A DNA stretch of 64,000 bases, from assembly GCA_963843575.1 (NCBI GenBank), contig CAWJKZ010000025.1, positions 160,001-224,000 of the forward strand, read 5' to 3'. Positions 20,295 through 30,996 of the stretch are shown one piece after another. Source of the DNA: an uncultured Acidobacteriota bacterium (GTDB lineage: Bacteria; Acidobacteriota; UBA6911). Made by a program: the position numbers and the translations under genes. Position 1 is the first letter of the stretch, and each line of letters opens with the position of its first letter. The notes under the pieces are model-generated. The model was given only the letters and a program-made list of their open reading frames with translations, was not told the DNA's origin and searched no databases.

Positions 20295-23200
20295 TCAGCG
20301 CAACACCACCGGTTGACGTACGTCCGGCATAACGATCGGAGCGACAACGCTGTTGCTCGTGTTTCCGGCCCCATCCTTCAGGTGCACCGTCACGAAAGAC
20401 GCCGCCGTGAAGTGGTTGGCGTTCTCGAAAGGAACTCGGAACACGAATTGGGGCTGGTTGGCCAGAATGCCGCGCACGTCGATGTCCGTAAAGCTGCCCA
20501 GCAGCTGGCCCGCACCGTCCCTGATGACGAACGATGCGGCCGTGACGTCCCCGTTGGGATCCGCGCCGGACACCGTCACCATGATGCGGCTGCGCGTCTC
20601 AAAGATCGCGCTCACCGCCGGGTAGAAGGTCGACCCGATAGTCTGGTCGAGAATGACCGGCGACGGGTTGATCTCGATCTGGAAGGGCTCGGAGCTCACG
20701 CCGCGCGTGGTCACCACGATGTCGAGCGTCGTTCCGGTCAGGCCCGGGAAGGCCGTGACCAGAAGCGTTCCGGGCGTCGGCCCCGGCTGGACCGGGACGC
20801 TCCTGCCGTTGAGCGTGACGGTGTTTTCCGCCATGTTCGTCGAGAAGCCGGTTCCGGTGATCGTGATCACCTCGCCGATCCTCACGCTCGCCGGCGTCAC
20901 CGACGTGATCGCCGGCAGTACCGTGAAATTGACCGCGCTGCTGGTGCGGCCGTTGACCGTCACCTTCACGGTGTATGTCCCCGCTACCAGCGAAACCGGT
21001 ACGACAGTCTCCATCGACGTGAAAGTCGACGCCGTGACAGCCGCGGTCGTTGCTGCGCCGGTCGCCGTGTCGGTGAACGTAACCGTGTTGTCGCCGGGCG
21101 TCGGCGAGAAGCCGCTGCCCGAGACCACGACGGTCGCGTTGCCCGGGGCGCTCGCAGGATTGATCCCCGAGATCGAGGGCAAGAGGTCGAACGTCCCCAC
21201 CGGCGTGGTGATGCCGTTCGTACTGACCTCCACCGGGTAGGCGTTGGCGACGAGATCGGTCGGCACGGTCCCGCGAATCAGGGTGTTGGTCGCCTCCGTG
21301 ATCGTCGCGGCGACGCTTCCGAACCGCACGGTGTTTCCGGCCACTCCCGGGGCGAACCCGCTCCCCACGATCGTGAACTCGGTCCCACCGGTCCCGGAGG
21401 TCGGCGAGAAGGAAGTGATCGTGTGCAGAACCGTGAATGGGAACGTGTTGCTGGCCCGGCTCGCCACCGTCACGGTGACGTCGACCTGCCCGGCGACCGA
21501 ACCCGCCGGGACCACGGCGACCAGGGACGTCGGCGTTATGCTCAGGACCTGCGCCAGCAGGCTGCCGAACCTTACCTGCGCCTGCCCCGGGCTCGACGGG
21601 AAGCCGGTCCCGGTAACGGTGACCTGGGTCCCAATCGGTCCGGATGACGGGGTGAGCCCGGTTATGGTCGGGCCGGTGGTCGACGGCCCGTTGATCGTCA
21701 CGGGTATGCGGCCCAGGATAGTCCCTCCGGAGACAAACTGGATCTCGAAGGAACCGGCCTGACCGTTGCCGGTGATCGTAACATCGAATTCGGCGCTCTC
21801 CCCGGGCCCGACGATCTGCTGCTCAGGCTCGAACGAGAAGCCGAAGCCGGCGTCGTTGCCCACGTCCTTCAGAGTAACCGCCCTCGGCTGCGTCACGACG
21901 GGACGAACAGCACCGACGATCTGGTCCGCAACCTCCGCGGCATTCGCCCCGATGAGCTCGAACGTGAGCGGGCTGCGGTTTTCGTCCAGCGCGCCCGTGA
22001 GGCGGGCGATGGACTGCAGAAGCGGCTTCGGGTCGACAAAGCCTGAAATCGGACCCGGTTGACTGACCTGGAAGAACGAGACTACCTGGATGTCCTGGGC
22101 CGCAAGGGCCTGGAACACCGCGGGAACCGTCGCCGCTCCGGCGGGAGCGACCGCGTTCATCGGGTCCGCCTCGGTCTCCGAGGCGCTCACCGAGCCGAAC
22201 CTCGAGTTCGGGAACGTCCCCGTCATCGGGAAGGCCGAAGGGACCTCCTGGAAGACGTTCGTCGAAACCTGCACGTCGTTGGCGCCGACAATGAACTCAG
22301 GGAAACTGCGCGACAGGTCGACCGGGGCGACCGACGCCGTGTTGGTCGCCAGGAGCACTATCTTCTGGGCGCCGGAGCGGAATCCGACTCCCCCGATCGT
22401 GCCGGCGCTCGGCACGGAGTCCGGCCTGGTCGAAAACGGGGGCACGTCGCCGCTGGTGCCGGGATTCAGGTAGCCGGCGGTGTTGTCGCTTCCCGGGACA
22501 CCGGCCAGTCCGCTCTCGGTCGCTTCGCCGCTGGCGTTGGCGTCGAATCCGGCACCCTGGGCAATCTGGCTGAGCGCCTCGAGATAGGAACCGAAAACGC
22601 TTGGCTCATCACCGCCCGGCAGCGCCGTTTCGAGCGCGTCGACAACCGCCTGAACACCCTCGGGCGAATCGACGACGGTCGTGGGCAGCAGCAGGACGAA
22701 CGGCCGCGCCAGTTCCGCGCTGGCGCTCGGAGGCTCGATTCTCCGGAAAATGTGACCGGGGCCGCCATAGTCCTGAAACTTGGTGACCGAGAACGCGAAG
22801 CTGACGCTCGGGAAAGCCTCTTTGAGTCGCGTCACGATCTCGGGAAACGCCTGCGCCAGGCGCGCGTTGGCACCCGCGAAGGTTGGCCGCGCATCGAGAG
22901 TGAGCGCAATGTCTACCGCGTCGGGGACCGCGTCCGAGGGCAGGCTCAGGGCGACACGCTGTGTCGCGGATTCGCCGTCCCCCAACTCCAGCTCGATCTC
23001 TGCAGGGGTTACGGTATTCTGTCGCTTGGCAGTGTCAAGGACGTTTACGCTGAAGATGACATTCCCATAAGAGTCCGCACTGGCCCGGACGTTCGCGGAG
23101 CCCGCCTTCAGGGCTACGACCGGTATCGACGTACCCAGAGAACCGGCAGGAATCAGGATGCTGCCGGGAACTTCCGCAATGTCGGGACTGAGACTCTCCA

Positions 23201-23414
23201 GTTTCACCGTCAGATCCGAGCCTGCCGTCGCTTCCGGACGCGAAAGCCGCACCGTGACTTCGTGGCCGGGAAGAGCGTTGACGGCCAGCGGTGTCGCATC
23301 CAGGTAGTAGACGTCTCCTGATGAATAGAGCCATATAGATGTGAGAAAAACGGCGATACTCACCATGGCGATCTTCCGCCGCAAACTCCTGCGCATAGCC
23401 CGAGAGCTTTTCAT
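20295..23414 (-). CDS. Large secreted protein with integrin-beta-like vWA domain and four IPT/TIG repeats
   Basis: Signal peptide; VDIALTLD...FSVTKFQDY...GGDEP...LEALSQIA...GFRSGAQKIVLLATN; IPT repeats (ITGLTPSSGPIGTQVTVTGTGF and similar). Confidence 0.8.
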   Translation of the reverse strand: MKSSRAMRRSLRRKIAMVSIAVFLTSIWLYSSGDVYYLDATPLAVNALPGHEVTVRLSRPEATAGSDLTVKLESLSPDIAEVPGSILIPAGSLGTSIPVVALKAGSANVRASADSYGNVIFSVNVLDTAKRQNTVTPAEIELELGDGESATQRVALSLPSDAVPDAVDIALTLDARPTFAGANARLAQAFPEIVTRLKEAFPSVSFAFSVTKFQDYGGPGHIFRRIEPPSASAELARPFVLLLPTTVVDSPEGVQAVVDALETALPGGDEPSVFGSYLEALSQIAQGAGFDANASGEATESGLAGVPGSDNTAGYLNPGTSGDVPPFSTRPDSVPSAGTIGGVGFRSGAQKIVLLATNTASVAPVDLSRSFPEFIVGANDVQVSTNVFQEVPSAFPMTGTFPNSRFGSVSASETEADPMNAVAPAGAATVPAVFQALAAQDIQVVSFFQVSQPGPISGFVDPKPLLQSIARLTGALDENRSPLTFELIGANAAEVADQIVGAVRPVVTQPRAVTLKDVGNDAGFGFSFEPEQQIVGPGESAEFDVTITGNGQAGSFEIQFVSGGTILGRIPVTINGPSTTGPTITGLTPSSGPIGTQVTVTGTGFPSSPGQAQVRFGSLLAQVLSITPTSLVAVVPAGSVAGQVDVTVTVASRASNTFPFTVLHTITSFSPTSGTGGTEFTIVGSGFAPGVAGNTVRFGSVAATITEATNTLIRGTVPTDLVANAYPVEVSTNGITTPVGTFDLLPSISGINPASAPGNATVVVSGSGFSPTPGDNTVTFTDTATGAATTAAVTASTFTSMETVVPVSLVAGTYTVKVTVNGRTSSAVNFTVLPAITSVTPASVRIGEVITITGTGFSTNMAENTVTLNGRSVPVQPGPTPGTLLVTAFPGLTGTTLDIVVTTRGVSSEPFQIEINPSPVILDQTIGSTFYPAVSAIFETRSRIMVTVSGADPNGDVTAASFVIRDGAGQLLGSFTDIDVRGILANQPQFVFRVPFENANHFTAASFVTVHLKDGAGNTSNSVVAPIVMPDVRQPVVLR

Positions 23415-24082
23415 ACATTCACCCCGTCAGATTCCTGGGAATTTCTCAGTAATCCTTGACCTATATCGGAAAGGTTGAACCGCAATCTGAATGGCGAAGG
23501 ACTGGCCTGGAAGAGACCGCCTCGGCGTCTCCCCCCGGAACTCAACAAATTAGCTCGGTGTCCTAGCTGGAATTGGATCGCAGCGTTGAGGTACTGCTCG
23601 GAGGGGCAGTCTCAGGGAGCCGACCTTCAAAACCCTACCACGCTTCGCCATTGCACAACAACCTATGAGATAAGCGCCGAAAAGTTTCAAAAACCCAATT
23701 GCGCATGAGACCTTAAACCTGTCTGGCAAGAAATAGCTTATCACATCGCGACACTCTGTCTACCCCTTCTGTACGACCGCGGTCGAGGCAAGCCTGCCCA
23801 GGCCGAGAGCGACACTCGCATCCCGGCAGGCAATATCTTATATGCTTTCAGTGGCTTTCCGCAAGTATAGTCAGCGCCGCTCCGGCGGGTGCCGACCACT
23901 CCTAAATCTCTTTGCGGATCCAGGTCAAAGGCCTACAATGGACCCACTTGACGAAATCGGTGCGAGGCCCCAGCCGGGCTCGCGATTCTTGGACCCGAGC
24001 GCCACGGGCCTTATCCGACGGCTCGCTCAGGACCTCAAAGGATCACGAAACGGCTGACGGCGTAACGTTGGGGAGAACAATC

Positions 24083-25320
24083 ATGAGTCTCCTGATGCAG
24101 CGCACCCTAGGGATTCTGCTCGCCGGCGGCGCCGGCGAACGGCTTTACCCGCTCACACGTCACCGGGCAAAACCCGCCGTGCCGTTCGGCGGCAACTACC
24201 GGATCATCGACGTCACGCTCAGCAACTGCATCAACTCCGGGCTCCGCCGGGTCTACATCCTGACCCAGTACAAGTCGCTGTCGCTCAACCGCCACATCCG
24301 CAACGGCTGGTACAACCTGGTCGCCAAGGAACTCGGCGAGTTCACCGAGGTCATCCCCCCCCAGAAGCGTGTCGGCGAGAACTGGTATCTCGGGACCGCC
24401 GACGCCGTCTGGCAGAACCTGTACTCGATCAACGCGGTGGACCAGATCAATTTCGTCATGATCCTGTCCGGCGACCACATCTACAAGATGAACTACTCGC
24501 GGATGGTGCTCGAGCACGTGGAGACGCAGGCCGACGTCACGATCGGCGCGATCGAAGTCCCCATCCACGAGGCGCACCGTTTCGGTGTGCTCCGCGTCGA
24601 CGAGTCGGGACGCGTCCTGGCATTCTGCCGAAAAGCCCCAGGACCCCGAGCCGTCGCCCTGGAACCCGGCGAATGCCTATGTCTCGATGGGGATTTACGT
24701 CTTCGATCGCAAACTGTTGTCGGAGGTGGTCGAGAAGGATGCGCAAAATCCCGGCTCTTCGCACGATTTCGGGGCGGATATCCTCCCCGTCGCTGATCGA
24801 GCGCTGCGGCGTGTACGCCCACCGCTTCGTCGACGAGAACAAGAAGGAAGCGCAATACTGGCTGGACGTCGGGACCATCAAGGCCTACTACGAAGCCAAC
24901 ATGGACCTGGTCGCCGTCTCGCCCCAGTTCAACCTGTACGACAAGGAGTGGCCCATCCGAACCTACCAGCGGCAGTACCCGCCGGCCAAGTTCGTCTTCG
25001 GCCGCCAGGGCTCGCGCATGGGCGTCGCCATCGATTCGATCGTCTCGGCCGGGTCTATCATCAGCGGCGGCAAGGTGATCAGTTCCGTGCTGGGCCCGGA
25101 CGTGCGCATCCACAGCTATTGCGAGGTGGACCAGAGCATCCTCTTCGCCCACGTCGACATCGGGCGCTATTGCCGGATCCGCAACGCCATTATCGACCGC
25201 GGCATCGTCATTCCCGAAAACACGACGATCGGGTACGACTCCGACCAGGACATGGCCAGATACCACATCAGCGACGGGGGCATCGTCGTGGTCGCGGAGG
25301 ATACCGGAATCGAGCGGTAA
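24083..25320 (+). CDS. glgC: Glucose-1-phosphate adenylyltransferase (frameshifts near 24622 and 24785)
   Basis: [68 protein letters not shown]. Confidence 0.95.
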
Positions 25321-25345
25321 GCCGCTCGGAAGGCAAACGATTGTT

Positions 25346-25558
25346 ATGAAGTTGAATCCGAACTGGGACAGGGCCGCCGGCATCCTGGCAGCCGGCGTCG
25401 GGTTGGGGCTGGCGCTATACGTCTTCTTCGACGTCCGGCGCGTGACCGTCTACCTGGCGCTGGCGCTCGTAACGGCCTGGTTCGCACACAAACGCGTCAA
25501 CAGGCACGAAACGCCCTTCGAGCGCAAGGAGCGGGAACTCCGCAGGAACCGCATGTAG
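25346..25558 (+). CDS. Small two-TM membrane protein
   Basis: 70-aa ORF with two hydrophobic helices and a basic tail, directly after glgC. Confidence 0.6.
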   Translation: MKLNPNWDRAAGILAAGVGLGLALYVFFDVRRVTVYLALALVTAWFAHKRVNRHETPFERKERELRRNRM

Positions 25559-25752
25559 CTGGCTTCCCCGACGGAGGACTCGTCGAACAAATCCACGTCC
25601 TGCAACAAGCTTCGTCCACACCGGAGGATGATCAGCCGGGGATGGACGCGACTCACCTTTTGCATCGGGACGCCCGACGGAGTGGCAGCGGATTGACTTC
25701 ATGCAACGCGGGCCGGCTACCGCCGGCCCGCTGACATCAGTTCCAGGTCGGC

Positions 25753-28700
25753 TCAGTTCTGGGGCGGGACGCTGGCCAGCTGCGAGAAGGTTTCGGTGAA
25801 GAAGAGTTCGAAACCGAGCAGGCCGTAGTCCGTGTCCACCTCGACGTGCCCGCTGGCCAGCGGCAAGGTCTGGGTGAAAAAGCCGGCTCCCGTGACGGGG
25901 TGACTCAGCATTTTGGCCACCTTCTCGCCCGGCCCGAGCGTCTGCCGCGTCTCGGCGACCTTGACCCCGGCGCCGTCATACACGCTCAAGGTGTATTTCA
26001 CGGTGGTCCTGAAGGGGTTCAACAGACCTATCCCGGTCAGGTAGCTTTCACCCGAACCCGCCGGAACCTGGTGGGCGATATGGGAGAAGACCAGGTGCTG
26101 CCGCGGCACCGAGTCCGCCGGGACGACCGCCGCCGACCGGTTCCCGCCGTCGTCGTAGACGAATTGCGTAAACCCTTCCACGCCCGGCACGTTGCTCTCG
26201 ACGACGATATACGGGGCAACGAGGGGACCGGGCCTGATCCCGAACAGCGAGCCGACGGATTCCAGCAGTTGCGCCCCGGCGGCGAGTTCCGCCTGCACGG
26301 GGGCGCCGAGCATCCGGCCGGTGTTGTCGTAGGCCGCGAGGGTGACGGCGGCCGCCGACCCGCTCGAATTCACGAGCCCGATGAGGCTCGTGAAACCCCC
26401 GTTCACCGCTACGTGGGGAAAAAACAGGCGCGCTTCGGATCCCGGGGCGACGGCGTTCAGGACGGAGACCACGGGGGATTTCCCGAACATCTCGATGGCC
26501 GAGACCGGCCGGTCGGATTCGAGGTGGATGTAACCTGAAGAAGCCGTAAGGTTTTCGAAGCTGAACACGAACTGCCCTTTGGGAGGCACCGCGGCGGTCC
26601 GGGGAAGATCGAGGGTGGAACCCTGCGAAGACACGAGGCTCGCCTTCACGTTGGCCGTGTTGACGCCGGGGTTGAACACCGCATAGGTTGCCTTCCCGGT
26701 CGCATCGAAAAGGTGCCTCACGAGATACAGGTCCTCGCCCGTCTGGTCGGTGGCGATGGTGCCGTCCGCGAACCGGCTGAAGTCCGTGTCGAAGAGCAGG
26801 AAGAATCCCGCCAGGGGCCAAGGTGCGCTCGCCAGCGCGCCGCCGGACAGCGTGGTCGACGCGTTGAATCCGAAAAGCTGGAAGCCGAGTATCGGGACCT
26901 GCGCGCCCGCGGCCAGGGACCGGGTCGACGGGTTGGTCGAACCGGGAAGCAGCGCCCCGGCGGGGTCATAGGCAACGAACTCGGCCGCCACGGCCGCGTC
27001 GCTGTCGTTGGTGGCGGCGAAGCCGGTGGTCACCGAGTCGCCGAGCGCCGTCTGCGTTCCGTTGGCCACGAGCGGGAATATCAGGGGGAAGGCGGAGCCG
27101 GCCTCCGAGGCCCCCATGTCCACCCGCCCATCTCCGGGCAGCGCCGACGCCGTGGCAACGCGCAGGTGCCCGCCGAAGTCGAGGAACGGAAGGTCGGCAA
27201 CCGCGTTGCTGCCCGCATCCAGGGCAGGCGAACCCGCGCCAGGCGTGAAGTTGTCGGCATCGGGGCCGACGAACTTCGGGTCACCCGTGGCGTTGCCGTT
27301 GCTCCCCGCGAAGGTCCCGGTCCCGATGAGGGAGTACTGCACGTTGGCCTGGCTCAGGCCCTGAAGGTCGCCTCCGGAATTTGAGGCGACGATCGAGTTC
27401 TGGACGTCGGCAGTGGCCGCCGCGCTCACGTTGACGCCGAGCCCCCGGTTGCCGTAGACGGTATTGTTCACGATCCTCACTGCGCTGCTGCCTGCCGCTT
27501 GAATCCCGTCACCGAGGCTCGCGTCGGTCGACCGCACGACGATGTTGTTGGTGAGCAGCGCGGAAGATGACCCGGTGAAACGCATGCCCCGGCCGTTGTC
27601 TTCCACGAGGTTTCCGTCAAAGACGATTCCGCGCCCCGGGTTGGCCAGGACACCGTAGACGTTACCGCGCACGGTGTTGCCGCTGACCCGCGTTTCGATG
27701 GACGGGGCGGTGAAGTTGCCGTCGAAAAACCCCATCGCGGCACGTTCGTTCCCGTCGAACAGGTTGTTGCTGATCGTGAAGGTGCTGTCTGAGATCTCGA
27801 AGCCGTCCCCATAGATCCCGCGATTACGCGCGAACGTGTTGCCGTCGATCGTGCCGGAACACGTGTCGACAAAGAGCCCCGGCCCGGAGTTTTCGGTCAC
27901 GTTCGAGTTGAGGATCTGGACATTGGAGTAGGTGGTGCTTATCCCCCCGCCGCCGTTCTGCTGCACGGTCGAGCCGAGCACCGTGAGGTAGGCCCCGTCG
28001 ACCTTAATCCCGGTCCCGGCGGAATTCTGCACCGTCGACTTGGTGATGTAGACCCCGCCTCCGGACTCGGCGAAGATCGCGGCCGAAGTCGAGTCCGTGC
28101 TTTCCGAAACGGTGCACTGATCGACGGTGACGGAGGTCGGGACGCCGGTCGACGGCTGGCTGATCAGGACCCCAACCGGGGCGCCTCTGATGGTCAGCCC
28201 CTGCAGGAGCACATCCCTGGAACCCAGGATCCGAACGACCGCGTCCGAGCTCGAACTCCCGTCGAGCACGGGCGTCTGTCCCTGGGCGGCGCGTATCGTG
28301 ATCCCGTCCAGCGGCAGGCCCTCGTCGTTGGTTCTGACGAGGAGTTCCGTCGGATAGGTCCGGCTGTCGGATATCTCGATGACGTTGCCGGGGCGCGCCG
28401 AACGGACGGCGGCTGCGAGGGTGGAGAAGGCATTCCCCGCACCCTGGCCGGTCGTCAGGATGCGCGACGCGTCGCGCACGTACAATCCGGCCCAGTACGG
28501 GATCCTGTACACCGTCGATGTCGCCGCGCTCCGCACCAGCACGAACCCCTGAAACCCGCGCGAAGCCGGAGCCGTGACCTGCAGGGTGAGGTCGACCGTG
28601 GCCGAAGCGCCGGGAGCGACCGGGCCTGTTTCGGTGCGGCTGAGCGTCGCCGCCGCACCGTCAATCAGCGGAGCGACCGTGACCGTGAACTGGTCTGTGC

Positions 28701-30762
28701 GCGACGAGATGTTGGTGATCGCGAAGGTGCGGGTCAGGCTCAGCGTGTCCTGGTACTGCTGCACTCCGAAATTCAGCGCCGACGCCGAGAACCACGCTTG
28801 CGCGGAGGCGGCGGCTCCCATGTCGAGCAACCCGCTCCCAGTCTGCAGGATATCCGCGGCGTTGGACCCGTCGACCGTGAGGCCCTGGCTTGCGGTGCTG
28901 GTGAGGATGGACTTGATCGCCTGCGGACCAAGCGATGGGAACAACCCCTTCACCGCCGCCGCCGCGCCCGCGACCATCGGGGAGGAAAAGCTGGTCCCCT
29001 GCGCGCTAGTGAAGCGCTGAAGGCTGTAAAGCTCCCCGTTCGGGTTGTTCGCCTGGGCGGCGGAATAGATGTCCACGCCCACGGCCACAAGGTCGGGCTT
29101 GAGGCTGAAATCCGTTCCGGGCCCGACGGCACTGAAGTCCGAGATGATCCGGGCCTGGGTCGGCACCGCGGAAATGGAGGATACGCTTTCGATCGAGACC
29201 CTGACGGCGCCGGGATTCGCCGCGACGAAATCCCTGAGCGCGAGGCCGGAGGCGGTGGTGATCATGACGGCCGGTATCGAAGTCGAGCCGAGCCCGGACA
29301 TCGTGATGGTACCGCCGGAGGCCACGTTGTTGTAGACCACGACGGCGACCGCGCCGGCGGCGGAGGCATTGCTGACCTTGGTCACGAAAGTGCAGGCCGA
29401 TTCCACCCCTCCCCGCTGCACCAGGGCGATGCTCGAAGCGAGAGAGCCGCTGGCGAAGGCGGAGCAGCCATAGCCGTTTCCGTCGAGTGCGGCGACGTTG
29501 ACGAGGCGCGTCGCCGGGATGCTGGTCGTAACCTGAGGCCCGTCGCTCGAGGCATAAGGCAAGATCGCCAGGTCGGAGGGGACCGGCGCAGGAGCGGTGA
29601 CGTGCAAGGGCGCAGCCAGCTTCCGGGAGTTGCTGACCGAACCCACCGTTACGACCTCCGGGATGGTCCCCGGGCTGCTCACGGTATGAGTCTCCGGTCC
29701 TTCATTGCCGGCCGCGGCGACCACCACTACGCCCGCGGCGATGGCGTTCCGCACCGTATCGTATTCGGCATTCTCAGAGGGGGGGAGATAGTCGAGGGAG
29801 CCGAAGCTGAGATTCAACACGTCCATGCCGTCCGCCACGGCGCCGTCTATGGCCGCTACGATGGCGCTCGTGGTGGCCGAATCGTTGATCCCCGGCGTCC
29901 CGAAGATCTTGTAGCTTCCGAGATATGCCCCCGGCGCCATCCCGGAGATGGTCGCATTGGGCGCTGTCACCTGTTTCCCCGCCGCCACGCCGGCTACAAA
30001 CGAACCGTGCCCCCCTTCGTCGATCGCCGTCTGCACCGACTGCGTCCTGGCGAGCAGGTGGACGTAGTTGCGCGCGACAATCACCTTGCTGTTGGTGAAG
30101 GCAGACTCGCCTTTCGGATAGCCCGAGGGGGCCGAAAGCGAACTGTCGATGAACATCGGGTTTGTGATGTCGATGCCCGAATCGATGATCCCGATCTTGA
30201 CGCCCTTCCCGGCGTTCGCCCGGCCGCCCGCTGCGGTCCACAGCGCGGACGCGTTCACCAGCCCGGCCGCGGCATCCAGCAACTTGCGGTACGGTCGGGA
30301 GAAGTAGACTTTCCGGACGCCCGGGAGTTTCCGCACCTCGCTGTATTTTTCCAGCGGCACCCGCGCGATCAGCGCGTTCATGACGACGTCGGTGGAACCT
30401 TCGATCGACACGCCGGGGATGTTCGTCAGGGCGCGGACCACCGAGGCCTGCTCCCTGGCGAGCCGCGACCGATGGGTGACGGCCTGCGCGGACTGCAAGT
30501 TCAGCCTGCGCCCGGCGCCAAGGGTCTGAGCTTGCCGCATCCCGCCGCCCGCCCGCATCCACTCCACGACCGACGGTGATTCCAGCCGTATGACGAGCTG
30601 CAGATCGCTTGTCCCGGGGATCGCCATCCGGGCAAGCGCCCTGGAAGGGGCGCGCTCTTCCGTGGTCTGCGGCGCAGCCGCGGCCCAGGAAACGAGCGCG
30701 AGGAACACGACAACGGACACGGAGGCGCGACACGAGGGTCTTGTTTTCATCTTCTTTTCCAT
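25753..30762 (-). CDS. Multidomain S8 (Vpr-like) serine peptidase with PA domain, right-handed beta-helix and repeated C-terminal domains
   Basis: Catalytic triad IIDSGID / GHGSFVAG / GTSFSSPMVAG; PA insert (IALVQRGG...AGAVAVVVYNN); parallel beta-helix repeats; SPALDAG...VDMGASE. Confidence 0.92.
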   Translation of the reverse strand: MEKKMKTRPSCRASVSVVVFLALVSWAAAAPQTTEERAPSRALARMAIPGTSDLQLVIRLESPSVVEWMRAGGGMRQAQTLGAGRRLNLQSAQAVTHRSRLAREQASVVRALTNIPGVSIEGSTDVVMNALIARVPLEKYSEVRKLPGVRKVYFSRPYRKLLDAAAGLVNASALWTAAGGRANAGKGVKIGIIDSGIDITNPMFIDSSLSAPSGYPKGESAFTNSKVIVARNYVHLLARTQSVQTAIDEGGHGSFVAGVAAGKQVTAPNATISGMAPGAYLGSYKIFGTPGINDSATTSAIVAAIDGAVADGMDVLNLSFGSLDYLPPSENAEYDTVRNAIAAGVVVVAAAGNEGPETHTVSSPGTIPEVVTVGSVSNSRKLAAPLHVTAPAPVPSDLAILPYASSDGPQVTTSIPATRLVNVAALDGNGYGCSAFASGSLASSIALVQRGGVESACTFVTKVSNASAAGAVAVVVYNNVASGGTITMSGLGSTSIPAVMITTASGLALRDFVAANPGAVRVSIESVSSISAVPTQARIISDFSAVGPGTDFSLKPDLVAVGVDIYSAAQANNPNGELYSLQRFTSAQGTSFSSPMVAGAAAAVKGLFPSLGPQAIKSILTSTASQGLTVDGSNAADILQTGSGLLDMGAAASAQAWFSASALNFGVQQYQDTLSLTRTFAITNISSRTDQFTVTVAPLIDGAAATLSRTETGPVAPGASATVDLTLQVTAPASRGFQGFVLVRSAATSTVYRIPYWAGLYVRDASRILTTGQGAGNAFSTLAAAVRSARPGNVIEISDSRTYPTELLVRTNDEGLPLDGITIRAAQGQTPVLDGSSSSDAVVRILGSRDVLLQGLTIRGAPVGVLISQPSTGVPTSVTVDQCTVSESTDSTSAAIFAESGGGVYITKSTVQNSAGTGIKVDGAYLTVLGSTVQQNGGGGISTTYSNVQILNSNVTENSGPGLFVDTCSGTIDGNTFARNRGIYGDGFEISDSTFTISNNLFDGNERAAMGFFDGNFTAPSIETRVSGNTVRGNVYGVLANPGRGIVFDGNLVEDNGRGMRFTGSSSALLTNNIVVRSTDASLGDGIQAAGSSAVRIVNNTVYGNRGLGVNVSAAATADVQNSIVASNSGGDLQGLSQANVQYSLIGTGTFAGSNGNATGDPKFVGPDADNFTPGAGSPALDAGSNAVADLPFLDFGGHLRVATASALPGDGRVDMGASEAGSAFPLIFPLVANGTQTALGDSVTTGFAATNDSDAAVAAEFVAYDPAGALLPGSTNPSTRSLAAGAQVPILGFQLFGFNASTTLSGGALASAPWPLAGFFLLFDTDFSRFADGTIATDQTGEDLYLVRHLFDATGKATYAVFNPGVNTANVKASLVSSQGSTLDLPRTAAVPPKGQFVFSFENLTASSGYIHLESDRPVSAIEMFGKSPVVSVLNAVAPGSEARLFFPHVAVNGGFTSLIGLVNSSGSAAAVTLAAYDNTGRMLGAPVQAELAAGAQLLESVGSLFGIRPGPLVAPYIVVESNVPGVEGFTQFVYDDGGNRSAAVVPADSVPRQHLVFSHIAHQVPAGSGESYLTGIGLLNPFRTTVKYTLSVYDGAGVKVAETRQTLGPGEKVAKMLSHPVTGAGFFTQTLPLASGHVEVDTDYGLLGFELFFTETFSQLASVPPQN

Positions 30763-30996
30763 CCGGGAGCGAAAAACGGGCTCCTTACTTGGTCACATAC
30801 GTAACACCCGGGCATTTGCTACAGCATAGATATCACGTCCGGGCGCCGTCCGGGCAACGCGATCAAATATCGTTTTTGACCCCGCGTCTCCAAATCGGCT
30901 AGGATTACGCAAACGCGGGCCGCCGCCTTCCAGGGCGCCCGGATGGAATCGGGTTCAATTAACTGCTGATCGCTGCATGCTCGGGCTGGAGGCTTT

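Noticed and set aside
23415-24082. Long AT-richer intergenic region as an ncRNA or sigma-54 promoter (tggcaagaaatagc near 23724)
   Set aside because: GG-to-GC spacing is one base short of the -24/-12 consensus and no recognisable RNA family is present; probably divergent promoters.
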